A program made the position numbers and the translations under genes. Positions 32,838 to 40,987 of a stretch of 64,000 nucleotides of DNA are shown piece after piece (position 1 is the first letter of the stretch; each line of letters begins with the position of its first letter). Origin of the DNA: an uncultured Clostridia bacterium (GTDB lineage Bacteria > Bacillota > Clostridia > TANB77 > CAG-508); contig CAKPEG010000006.1 of NCBI GenBank assembly GCA_934149275.1, positions 8,001 to 72,000 of the forward strand. Direction: 5' to 3'. Below the pieces are notes generated by a model. The model made no database searches, had not been told where the DNA came from, and saw nothing but the letters and a program-made list of their open reading frames with translations.

Positions 32838-32930
32838 TTTATCAATTCCTCCTTCTTTTTATTTTGAACTATAGATACTCCTTCTTTCTTTTTAATAAAT
32901 TCCATTATTTCGCAAGTCACATATAACGAC

Positions 32931-33299
32931 ACAAAATGATGAAAACTTATACTAACTTTCGAATGAGTTTTATTATTTTGCTAGGCACATGAGTTTTTAT
33001 ATTCCGAGGCGTACGCTGGTACGTCGCAGGAATTAAAAACAAAATGTAACAACACAAAATGATGAAAACTTATACTAACTTTCGAATGAGTTTTATTATT
33101 TTGCTAGACACATGAGTTTTTATATTCCGAGGCGTACGCTGGTACGTCGCAGGAATTAAAAACAAAATGTAACAACACAAAATGATGAAAACTTATACTA
33201 ACTTTCGAATGAGTTTTATTATTTTGCTAGACACATGAGTTTTTATATTCCGAGGCGTACGCTGGTACGTCGCAGGAATAAAAAACAAAATGTAACAAC
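32931..33299. repeat. tandem repeat, 3 copies of 123 bp plus a partial fourth copy
   Basis: Units start at 32931, 33054 and 33177 and differ by 1-2 substitutions. The partial fourth copy (33300 to about 33325) abuts the T-box terminator. Confidence 0.95.
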
Positions 33300-33328
33300 G
33301 CAAAATGATGAAAATCATTCGAAAGAAA

Positions 33329-33530
33329 CAAAAAGGAGTCATCTACAGCCCCACATCAGGGACGAAAGATAACTCCGCGGTTCCACCCTATTTGATTTGC
33401 CAAAAGCAAATCCACCTTAATTTCAAACATGCTCCAAAGCTCCAATCCACACACACCAACACCAGATCTCACCATCCTGGCTCTCTTTAGATAAGAAAAT
33501 GCATGTACCCTCTTCATCAACGCACTATTA
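33329..33530 (-). promoter_or_regulatory. T-box riboswitch leader (glyQS)
   Basis: The minus strand shows Stem I start gcgttgatgaagagggta, aaagagag, distal ggtgaga, T-box sequence aatagggtggaaccgcgg and terminator ggagttatct...agatgactcc+TTTTT. Promoter TTGACA-17-TAAAAT at about 33545-33573. Confidence 0.85.
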
Positions 33531-33591
33531 ATATGGTTCTATTTTAAACTCTTTTTCCATCAATGTCAATATTTTCTATGTATTATTATAT

Positions 33592-33615
33592 AAAAAATGC
33601 CCCCCATGGGGGGAC
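33592..33615 (-). terminator. Rho-independent terminator
   Basis: Palindrome ccccccatgggggg followed by TTTTTT on the minus strand. Confidence 0.7.
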
Positions 33616-33616
33616 A

Positions 33617-33820
33617 TCACTGCAAATAGGTAAAAATATTGATTTTAAAAAAATAATTCAATACCAAACCCAAAACGCCTGTCGCAACAACAATCGCAAC
33701 GGCGTAGCCTATAAGCCGTATGATCACATTCGAATCATTAAACATGTTGCTCACTACTTTCAACAAGAAACTGCAAAAAATTGCAATTACAATGATGAAA
33801 TAAATATCCATCATATCCAT
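33617..33820 (-). CDS. small two-TM membrane protein
   Basis: 67 aa with two hydrophobic helices. RBS AGGAGG. A terminator follows immediately. Confidence 0.6.
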   Translation of the reverse strand: MDMMDIYFIIVIAIFCSFLLKVVSNMFNDSNVIIRLIGYAVAIVVATGVLGLVLNYFFKINIFTYLQ

Positions 33821-34110
33821 AGTTGTTATACCTCCTAGGCTTTTTAAAATAAGTTTACAGTTATCCTTAGTATACTACATAATTAGCATATTCGCAACAT
33901 TTGAACTCTAATTCATTACATATATTTTGGTTAAACACACTTATCTTGGTATTTTATCACTTATAGCATATCTTCTAATATAGTACTTCATTTTTTTAAC
34001 ACTTTTTATTACACATTCTAACTTTTCTCTATTCTATCAGATTTTCATTGAAAATATTATGTAAATATGATATATTATTTATATCTTACTATTGAAAGGA
34101 GTGTTACATT

Positions 34111-34425
34111 ATGGGTAAAGACAATGTTATAAGTTTTGATAGTAAACGGAACAATAAGAAAAGTACCAATCCAAGTAACATGTCAGATATCAATCAGCAA
34201 GCTAAAGAAATTTTTGAACGATCATCAATGATTCCACTTGGGACAATCTTTCTTGACCTTTATATGGATGAAGATTACACCGGAATGAGCATGTATCCTT
34301 CATATCGATTACTTGCTGATATGGATGATGACCTTGTTGATCAAATTGGTGATATGTTGAAATCAAATTTTTCCGATTGCATTGATAAACTTCTCCAAGG
34401 TTTCAAAGAAAACAGAAAAAACTAA
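34111..34425 (+). CDS. hypothetical protein
   Basis: 104-aa ORF with RBS AAAGGAG, followed by a hairpin at 34461..34492. Confidence 0.5.
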   Translation: MGKDNVISFDSKRNNKKSTNPSNMSDINQQAKEIFERSSMIPLGTIFLDLYMDEDYTGMSMYPSYRLLADMDDDLVDQIGDMLKSNFSDCIDKLLQGFKENRKN

Positions 34426-34460
34426 TTAACACTTCTATTACCAATACTTTTATTGGTAGC

Positions 34461-34492
34461 AAAGGGCTTCTTCTCAAAAGACGCCCTTTTTT
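34461..34492 (+). terminator. probable Rho-independent terminator
   Basis: Stem aaagggc/gcccttt with a 15-nt loop, followed by TTTT. Confidence 0.45.
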
Positions 34493-34502
34493 ATATATGA
34501 AA

Positions 34503-34540
34503 AAACTGTTAAACAAAATATTTTCCTTTGTCAACAGTCT
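34503..34540 (-). terminator. Rho-independent terminator (family D sequence) of tsaC/ywlC
   Basis: Stem aaactgtt.aac...gtcaacagtct with a T-run on the minus strand. The stem and loop sequence is shared with 18902..18950. Confidence 0.6.
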
Positions 34541-34576
34541 AAAAAATATAATCCATATAAAAAACAATACATTCTA

Positions 34577-35176
34577 TTAATTAATTTTCTCCATAATTTC
34601 TTCTAATGAAATTGGTCCTTCCCTCAAAATTTTTATTTCATCAGAAGTACAATCTACTATTGTACTCGCTCTACCAAATGACACATTTCCTTCCATCATT
34701 CCATCTAATATTGGACATACTTTAGCTATTTCATCTAAATTAGTACATGGTGGTTCCCCGCTTTTATTTGCACTACTCATAAAAACAGGACTTCCAGTTT
34801 TCCTTATTAATTCTTCTAAAGCCTTTGAAGTCGCCATTCTAACAGCAATTGTTGCTTCGCCATTATTAACATATTCAGGCACTTCTGGCCTTTTCTTCAA
34901 TATTATAGTAATTGGTCCTGGCATAAAATTATGAATAATTTTTTCAGCTATTTCATCTACTATAGCAATACTTTTTATTTGCTCTTCATCTGAACACATA
35001 ATCGGAAATAATTTCGTAGAAGGTCTATTTTTTATTTTTGCCAAATTAGCTTTAGCCTGAATTGAATTCATACGCGCACATACACCATATACTGTATCTG
35101 TTGGAACACTAATCGCTCCATCCTTTTTTAATATCTCAGCCAATTCATCTATTTCATTTTGTTTATATATTTTCAT
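34577..35176 (-). CDS. tsaC: L-threonylcarbamoyladenylate synthase, YrdC/YwlC (TsaC) type
   Basis: Motifs PTDTVYGV, SANKSGEP and ASTIVD. Start at MKIYKQ with RBS AAAGGAG at 8-nt spacing. The track starts at a GTG at 35185. Confidence 0.85.
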   Translation of the reverse strand: MKIYKQNEIDELAEILKKDGAISVPTDTVYGVCARMNSIQAKANLAKIKNRPSTKLFPIMCSDEEQIKSIAIVDEIAEKIIHNFMPGPITIILKKRPEVPEYVNNGEATIAVRMATSKALEELIRKTGSPVFMSSANKSGEPPCTNLDEIAKVCPILDGMMEGNVSFGRASTIVDCTSDEIKILREGPISLEEIMEKIN

Positions 35177-35496
35177 GCATGTCACTCCTTTATCTTTAGC
35201 ATTTTACCACACATTCCACATATCTTCAATATATCTTTATTTATTCAATAGATGATGCTTCTCTTATCTACAATCAAATTTTCTTAAAATATAGATTTTA
35301 ATTTTTTTACTAATCCTTTTTCTTTAATGTTTTAAATTTTTATTTATATTTATTTTAGTTTTATAAAAAATGCTAAATAATATTTTTCTTTAAAATTTCT
35401 TTAATCAACTAGTCTAAAGGTCTTGCCGTTTCCATTTTATGTCTTTTGTAATTTTATGTTTACTGTTTTACATATTCAAATCCATAATTTAGTAAC

Positions 35497-35563
35497 TGTG
35501 GATAATGTGGATAACTTTGTGAATAACTAATATCATCGATTTTTTTCGACATACTTATTCACA
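35497..35563. promoter_or_regulatory. DnaA-box cluster
   Basis: TGTGGATAA at 35497 and 35506 (perfect reverse-complement boxes, adjacent). TGTGAATAA at 35518 and TTATTCACA at 35555 each have 1 mismatch to TTATCCACA and fit the degenerate TTATNCACA. A weaker TGTGGGTAT lies at 35570 and TTATCCAAA near 35660. The flanks are AT-rich runs. Confidence 0.7.
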
Positions 35564-35833
35564 TCGCCCTGTGGGTATATTTTTTTATTTTTTAAATATA
35601 TTTTATTTTTATTTTTTATGTGTACAGTATGTTTGTTCGTAGCTATTTTCTCTTTGTTTTATCCAAATTAAATTACAAGCATTTTTTCCTGTTTATTACT
35701 GTTTTTTCAAAATTGACAAAGCAATAACTTTATTTTCTATATTACTGTTTTTTAATTTTATTTTATTTTTCGCTATATTATTTTGTTTACATGATATAGC
35801 TATATTAAAATTTTCAATTGGGGAGGTTTTCAT

Positions 35834-36631
35834 ATGAAGAAAAAAATTGAAATTCTTATAATAGCAACCGTACTACTTGCCAGCATCACAGCCACACTCG
35901 TATATGCTTCTGTTTCTTCTTCATCCGAAGTTGAAACTATAAAAACAGTTAGTACAGCTAGCATATCTAAAAGCTCTGAAATTTTTGAAAAATTAGACAC
36001 AAACTCAGACAACGTAAATTCAAAAGTAGTTTACGACGAATTGAAAAAAGAAAATTTATATGAGTTTGAAAATGCAAAATATTTTGTAAACATGAATACT
36101 AAAAACGAATTAGTAGGTATCTATAGCAAAACTGTTACTACTACTCAAACAACATCAAATGTAAATACTTCAAGTGCAAAAGAATACGTTTTAAATAAAT
36201 ATACTGAATTAAACTTACCTGCTGAATATGAATTAACATATTTAGAAAAATTTGATGATCTTATTTGGCAAGCAAACTTTGAAAAAAATTATAATGGAAT
36301 ATATAACAAATATGAATCTGTAAAAATGTTTTTCATTCCAGATTCTGATGAAATCGTTGCTTTAACAGTATTCAATGAAAGCGCAGCATCAAGTGCTGTA
36401 ACTGTTAGCAAAGAAGATGCTGAAACAACAGCAGCTAAAAATTTAGGAATCGATTCATCTAACATAAAATCTGCAACTTTATCTATGGAAAAAGCCAACA
36501 AATTTTATGATAATTCAAATTCAGATACAACAGTTCATTCTACTTGGGTAATCCAATCATCTGATGATACTATTGTTTATGTAGATGCAGAAAACAATAA
36601 TGTAATTGGAGGTGACCACATAAATGAATAA
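35834..36631 (+). CDS. secreted protein with PepSY-like repeats
   Basis: Signal or anchor sequence, then segments such as VSKEDAETTAAKNLGI...VYVDAENNNVIGG typical of PepSY domains. RBS GGGGAGG. Confidence 0.5.
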   Translation: MKKKIEILIIATVLLASITATLVYASVSSSSEVETIKTVSTASISKSSEIFEKLDTNSDNVNSKVVYDELKKENLYEFENAKYFVNMNTKNELVGIYSKTVTTTQTTSNVNTSSAKEYVLNKYTELNLPAEYELTYLEKFDDLIWQANFEKNYNGIYNKYESVKMFFIPDSDEIVALTVFNESAASSAVTVSKEDAETTAAKNLGIDSSNIKSATLSMEKANKFYDNSNSDTTVHSTWVIQSSDDTIVYVDAENNNVIGGDHINE

Positions 36632-37232
36632 AAAATTAATTTCAATAGTTTCAATTGTTTTACTTATTCTTATAGTTTTAACTTCAACATGTCATGCCTC
36701 AGCAAGTGCCAAAGTTTTTACAAATAGTCAAAGTGGATATTATAATAATTGTGGTACTTATGCAGTAAATGGTCTAGGAAAATTAGGATACTCTTGTACT
36801 TCTAGTATGGGAGCAATAACAAAAGATTCAATGCTTCAATGGATTGGAAACACAGGTAATGGTTATGCAATGTATGTTCATACATTTGGTGGAGATGGAT
36901 ATTTTAATGATTATTATGGAAACTCTATAAATAGTTCTATGATTTCTGGAAACTGGGATTTTGTATATATAGATTCAGCTTATAGCGCAGCATCTGCAAC
37001 ACTTGCAAATGCATTTCATACAACAGGTTATTCTAATAGATGTTTTTTAGGATGGTCTGGTAATGTATCTACTAGTAATTCAGAAACATTTAATTATTAC
37101 TTTTGGCTAACATATATTGGAACAGGTGCAGTCAGAAATGCGGCTATAAATGCAGCAGCACGTGTACCTGGCTCTGGAACAACACCTATCAGATTATATG
37201 GTAGTACAACATATACAGGAGCAGCTAGATAA
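36624..37232 (+). CDS. secreted hypothetical protein
   Basis: Signal peptide ending CHASASA. It overlaps the upstream gene by 8 nt, which suggests translational coupling. Confidence 0.5.
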   Translation: MNKKLISIVSIVLLILIVLTSTCHASASAKVFTNSQSGYYNNCGTYAVNGLGKLGYSCTSSMGAITKDSMLQWIGNTGNGYAMYVHTFGGDGYFNDYYGNSINSSMISGNWDFVYIDSAYSAASATLANAFHTTGYSNRCFLGWSGNVSTSNSETFNYYFWLTYIGTGAVRNAAINAAARVPGSGTTPIRLYGSTTYTGAAR

Positions 37233-37235
37233 TAG

Positions 37236-38678
37236 CTACTCCTTTTCAAAATTAAACATATTCTCACTAAATAAAAATTCTCCAGTATTAGCATCTATAT
37301 AATAACTTACGTTCTTGTTGTATATTTTCCAAACTTTTTTAATATTCATTTTTTCTCTATTTAACATATTTTCTCTTGAATTTTCATACAATATGCTCTC
37401 ATTTAACTCATCTGTATTTCTACTATTTATTACTCCAACATTCTCTATTGCTAATTCAACATCATCAGCTGAAACCTCTATACCATTATCCTTCAAAATC
37501 TTTATAGCCTCTTCTTTTGAAACAAGAATTTCTTTATCTTCATACTCATAATATACAGAACTAATATTTAAAACTCTGTTATTCCTTATAATAACTGTAG
37601 TACTTTGATATTTATTAAATATATTGCCATACTTTTTAGCGTATTCTACAATTCTATTTCCATCAACAATTTCATCTGACATTATTTCATAGCCATTTTT
37701 TACATTTAATTTATTCAATAAATTTTCACTAAATTCAATTGTTGAAACTGAACCATTCAAATCAGAATAATTAATAAGTCTTCCCCTTTGAGCATCCACA
37801 TCAATTAATATATTATCATTTTTATATTCCCAACAAACTTCATCAGACTTATAATCTCTAAACAAATGCAAATCATCTTGATTTACAATTACATTAATAC
37901 CCAACACCTGCAAATCCTCATTAATCTTCATACATGCTCTTTCCTTAGAAATAACATCCTCTGCTTGCTCTTGAATATCTTGTTTAGTATCAGCAATCGT
38001 GAAAGTATTCTTATAATGACTACTTTGATAAGCTCTCCATGTTGCATATGTAAACCCACCAATCGCACCAACACAAACACAAGAAATAACAATCATCTTT
38101 AAAGCTTTCTTGAATCCATATTCTCTTGCGACCTCTGGATATCTCTTCGCAATTTTCTTTCTCAAATTACTCCTTGCTCTAAACAACAATGATTTAACAC
38201 TCAAATCAGATTTATTAAGAAGTCGTTCAACATCTTTGTATAACATATGCTTAATACACACAAGAATAAACACTTCTCTTTGATCTGGTGGTAATTCATT
38301 TAGCAACTCCTCTATATTATACTCGCCCTCAAATTTATCATAAACAGCAAAAACTTTATCATCAGATGCAATATCATAATCTAAATGAACCTTTTCTGCC
38401 CTTTGCTCTCTTGAAATATTCTTTCTAGAATACTCTGCAATAACCTGATTTGCATTACTCAATAAAAAATTATAAAACGTACTTTGATTTTCATCATATA
38501 ACCCAATATTCTTATAAAGTTTCGTAAATATTTCTTGAACTAAATCTTCTGCTTCAGATTTATTTTTAATTTTATAAAATACATAGCTAAATAATTTTTC
38601 TTTATATTTTTCATAAACATATCTAAATCCATCATTATCTCCATCTTTTAGCTCTTTAATTAAACTATGTTCCTCCAC
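37236..38678 (-). CDS. ECF-type sigma-70 factor fused to a transmembrane segment and extracytoplasmic PepSY-like domains
   Basis: Region 2 (DLVQEIFTKLYKN) and region 4 (LPPDQREVFILVCIKHMLYKDVERLLNKSDLSVKSLLFRARSNLRKK), a TM helix (MIVISCVCVGAIGGFTYATW), then about 260 aa including VSKEEAIKILKDNGIEV. Confidence 0.7.
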   Translation of the reverse strand: MEEHSLIKELKDGDNDGFRYVYEKYKEKLFSYVFYKIKNKSEAEDLVQEIFTKLYKNIGLYDENQSTFYNFLLSNANQVIAEYSRKNISREQRAEKVHLDYDIASDDKVFAVYDKFEGEYNIEELLNELPPDQREVFILVCIKHMLYKDVERLLNKSDLSVKSLLFRARSNLRKKIAKRYPEVAREYGFKKALKMIVISCVCVGAIGGFTYATWRAYQSSHYKNTFTIADTKQDIQEQAEDVISKERACMKINEDLQVLGINVIVNQDDLHLFRDYKSDEVCWEYKNDNILIDVDAQRGRLINYSDLNGSVSTIEFSENLLNKLNVKNGYEIMSDEIVDGNRIVEYAKKYGNIFNKYQSTTVIIRNNRVLNISSVYYEYEDKEILVSKEEAIKILKDNGIEVSADDVELAIENVGVINSRNTDELNESILYENSRENMLNREKMNIKKVWKIYNKNVSYYIDANTGEFLFSENMFNFEKE

Positions 38679-38762
38679 TTTTTTCTACTCCTAAAAATTT
38701 TTTTTATTTTTTGCGCAACTTTTTGCAAAATCATATCGTTAATATATATGTAAGGATTTTTT

Positions 38763-39401
38763 ATGATTACGTTTTTTATATTATATGAGAATTTTGAATA
38801 TGTAAATAAAGTTGTAACAAAAATCAATGCTGAATGTCCAAATGCCGTGTGCATTGGAATCACAAATAAGGTTAACAAAAACAGCATTATTTTCTGTAAA
38901 AATGAACAACCTAACGTAATAATTGGTAGTGTTGCTTCCATAGAAACTATCAATACAAATTTAAATTACGAACATATATCAATTCCAATTCTCACTGAAA
39001 ACATTGAAATCATAAAAAAAATAAGTAATCAATTAAAATCTCTTTCGCAAAACTGCTTGTATTCACATAAGTTAGATTTAGCAAATTATAAAAAAAGAAT
39101 TATGAATTGCTTAATCAATTTAAATTTTAATCCCAATCTGTGTGGAACTAGATACATATTAGATTGTATCGTGTTTTCACACGAAAATCCATACTCATGT
39201 CTGAATACAACTACCTTAAAAAAATATTTTAAACAACTAGCGATAAAATACTCGTCAAATGAAGCTGCCATTTCTTATAACATTCGAACAGCTATCGAGG
39301 ATATGCATAAGTCAGCACCTTCAAATTTAAGGAAGCATAACTTTGGAAATGATGACTATATCACATATCTAATGATAATAAATCGCTTAAAACTTCTATA
39401 A
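38763..39401 (+). CDS. Spo0A_C-like DNA-binding domain protein with degenerate receiver-like N-terminus
   Basis: The C-terminal CGTRYILDCIVFS...LKKYFKQLAIKYSSNEAAISYNIRTAIEDM parallels the Spo0A C-terminal pattern KGYxYLREAI...LYPxIAKKYNTTPSRVERAIRHAIE. The N-terminus lacks the acidic-pocket Asp residues. Confidence 0.5.
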   Translation: MITFFILYENFEYVNKVVTKINAECPNAVCIGITNKVNKNSIIFCKNEQPNVIIGSVASIETINTNLNYEHISIPILTENIEIIKKISNQLKSLSQNCLYSHKLDLANYKKRIMNCLINLNFNPNLCGTRYILDCIVFSHENPYSCLNTTTLKKYFKQLAIKYSSNEAAISYNIRTAIEDMHKSAPSNLRKHNFGNDDYITYLMIINRLKLL

Positions 39402-39516
39402 TAAAGCTTTATGTAATTTTCTATTTACTGTATATTCACTAAATAGGTTATTTACCCAATCAATATTACATTTAGCTTTATTACATAGTCGTTTAGTATG
39501 TTTTCATATTAGACGG

Positions 39517-39553
39517 AAAAAACTCTCAGGGCTCACGCCTTGAGAGTTTTTAA
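39517..39553. terminator. bidirectional terminator
   Basis: Stem aaaactctcagg/ccttgagagtttt flanked by an A-run and a T-run. Confidence 0.7.
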
Positions 39554-39577
39554 TTTTGAATCAGAAAAAATTATTTA

Positions 39578-40018
39578 TTAACAATATCTGCCGTATAAAA
39601 CGGTATCGCCTTCCAGTTCGAACTCCATGTTCGTTGGAAACACCTCCTCGACATCGTCCTCCTGATTCAGAGACTTTAACAAATAGCTATAAAATGCATC
39701 ATCAGGTGCTGTGGTTGAAATTTTCATGCTCTTGGGCTTCAGTCGCATCCACTTTTTAAGAAATAAAAATGCACTACCAGAATCAGGTACCAACTGCTCC
39801 AGCGCCTCCTTAGCAAGAAAAGAAATCAACTGTGGTTCTCCTGAAAGTCGAACTGTCTTTTCCGCTGAAGGAATCATCACTGAACTGTTTAAGTAAATCT
39901 GATACGTTCTCCCAATCATTGTTGAAAAAAAATCAATCAGTTCATCCCGGTTTGGAAACTCAACCTTCTCATTAGCTGATAACTCACTCATATATGTTGC
40001 AAATTTTGTTCTCTCCAT
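39578..40018 (-). CDS. hypothetical protein on a GC-rich islet
   Basis: 146-aa ORF with RBS GGAGG. Hand counts give 47-53% GC here against about 23-30% in flanking lines. Confidence 0.55.
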   Translation of the reverse strand: MERTKFATYMSELSANEKVEFPNRDELIDFFSTMIGRTYQIYLNSSVMIPSAEKTVRLSGEPQLISFLAKEALEQLVPDSGSAFLFLKKWMRLKPKSMKISTTAPDDAFYSYLLKSLNQEDDVEEVFPTNMEFELEGDTVLYGRYC

Positions 40019-40107
40019 GCTGCTTGCCTCCTATAAACTTTTTATAACATAATTATACTCTGTTTTTTCATTGTCGTCAATTATGTCAACTTTTTTATAA
40101 TAAAAAA

Positions 40108-40385
40108 GAAACTATACATATTAAATTTTTAAATCACCGCGCAGGGACCAAACGGACGAAGTGAGTTCAATTGAAGCATTTTACGTCGAAAATAAAAATT
40201 TAAATCGTTAAGAAAATATTATATTGATTTTTGAGTGACGCGCAGTTTGAAAGTTTTTCCCTAACCTACTAAACGAAGTTTAGTAGGTGGGAAAATATTT
40301 TAGCAAGGAACTAAAAATCAATATAATATTTTCTTTTTCTATAATTAATACTAGTCGAAAATAAAAATTTAATATGTATAGTTTC
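40108..40385. repeat. Family B nested palindromic (MITE-like) elements, copy B2
   Basis: Outer perfect 23-bp TIR gaaactatacatattaaattttt/aaaaatttaatatgtatagtttc. Inner element 40212..40333 has a perfect 21-bp TIR gaaaatattatattgattttt. A 19-bp direct repeat gtcgaaaataaaaatttaa occurs at 40185 and 40354. Confidence 0.85.
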
Positions 40386-40434
40386 TTTACACCACAAAAA
40401 AAGCTGTGCCATAAAAGCACAGCTTAAAAAACAA

Positions 40435-40914
40435 TTATTTCTTTATAGCTAAAATCTTATATTTCATAACACCAGCAGGAGCATCTACAGAAACCACTTG
40501 ACCCTTTTTAGCACCAAGTAATGCAGCACCCATTGGTGATTCATTAGAAATCTTATTTTGAGCAAGATCAACCTCAGTTGAACCAACAATTGTATATTGA
40601 ACATCCTCATCAAATTCTTCATCATGAACAGTTACAATATTTCCTATTTGAACTGTCTTTGTATCGATTTCAGATTCATCAATTATTCTAGCAAATCTAA
40701 TTTTATTTTCTAACTCAGCAATCTTATTTTCATTAGCAGCTTGAGCACTCTTTGCTTCATCATATTCAGAATTTTCTGATAAATCACCAAAACCTAATGC
40801 AACTTTAATACGTTCTGCAATTTCAGTTCTTTTCTCAGTTTTTAAATATTCTAACTCGTTTTCTAAATTATCATATCCTTCTTGTGTTAATAATATTTCT
40901 CTATTTTCTTCCAT
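40435..40914 (-). CDS. greA: transcription elongation factor GreA
   Basis: Coiled-coil N-terminus (LTQEGYDNLENELEYLK, GDLSENSEYDEAK) and C-terminal globular domain. Start at MEENREI with RBS GAGGAG. Confidence 0.92.
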   Translation of the reverse strand: MEENREILLTQEGYDNLENELEYLKTEKRTEIAERIKVALGFGDLSENSEYDEAKSAQAANENKIAELENKIRFARIIDESEIDTKTVQIGNIVTVHDEEFDEDVQYTIVGSTEVDLAQNKISNESPMGAALLGAKKGQVVSVDAPAGVMKYKILAIKK

Positions 40915-40987
40915 ATTATCAGTCTCCTCTCTAAAAGATATTAACGCCATTTATAATAGTATTAATTTCACAATTTGTCAAGGTTTT

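Noticed and set aside
33305-33490. Tracked 61-aa plus-strand ORF (and likewise 45429..45689, 86 aa)
   Set aside because: Both lie antisense to recognisable T-box leader RNAs and have no RBS. They are treated as non-coding.
35186-35833. Chromosomal replication origin (oriC), suggested by DnaA boxes and AT-rich runs
   Set aside because: There is no dnaA, dnaN or rpmH nearby, and gene orientation does not switch here. Genes on both sides are predominantly on the minus strand. A secondary DnaA-box cluster is the more conservative reading.
36624-37232. Degenerate caspase/gingipain-like fold in the 202-aa secreted protein (HTFGGDG ... IDSAYSA)
   Set aside because: The resemblance rests on two short motifs read by eye. 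The would-be catalytic Cys is absent, so the evidence is too weak to report as a feature.
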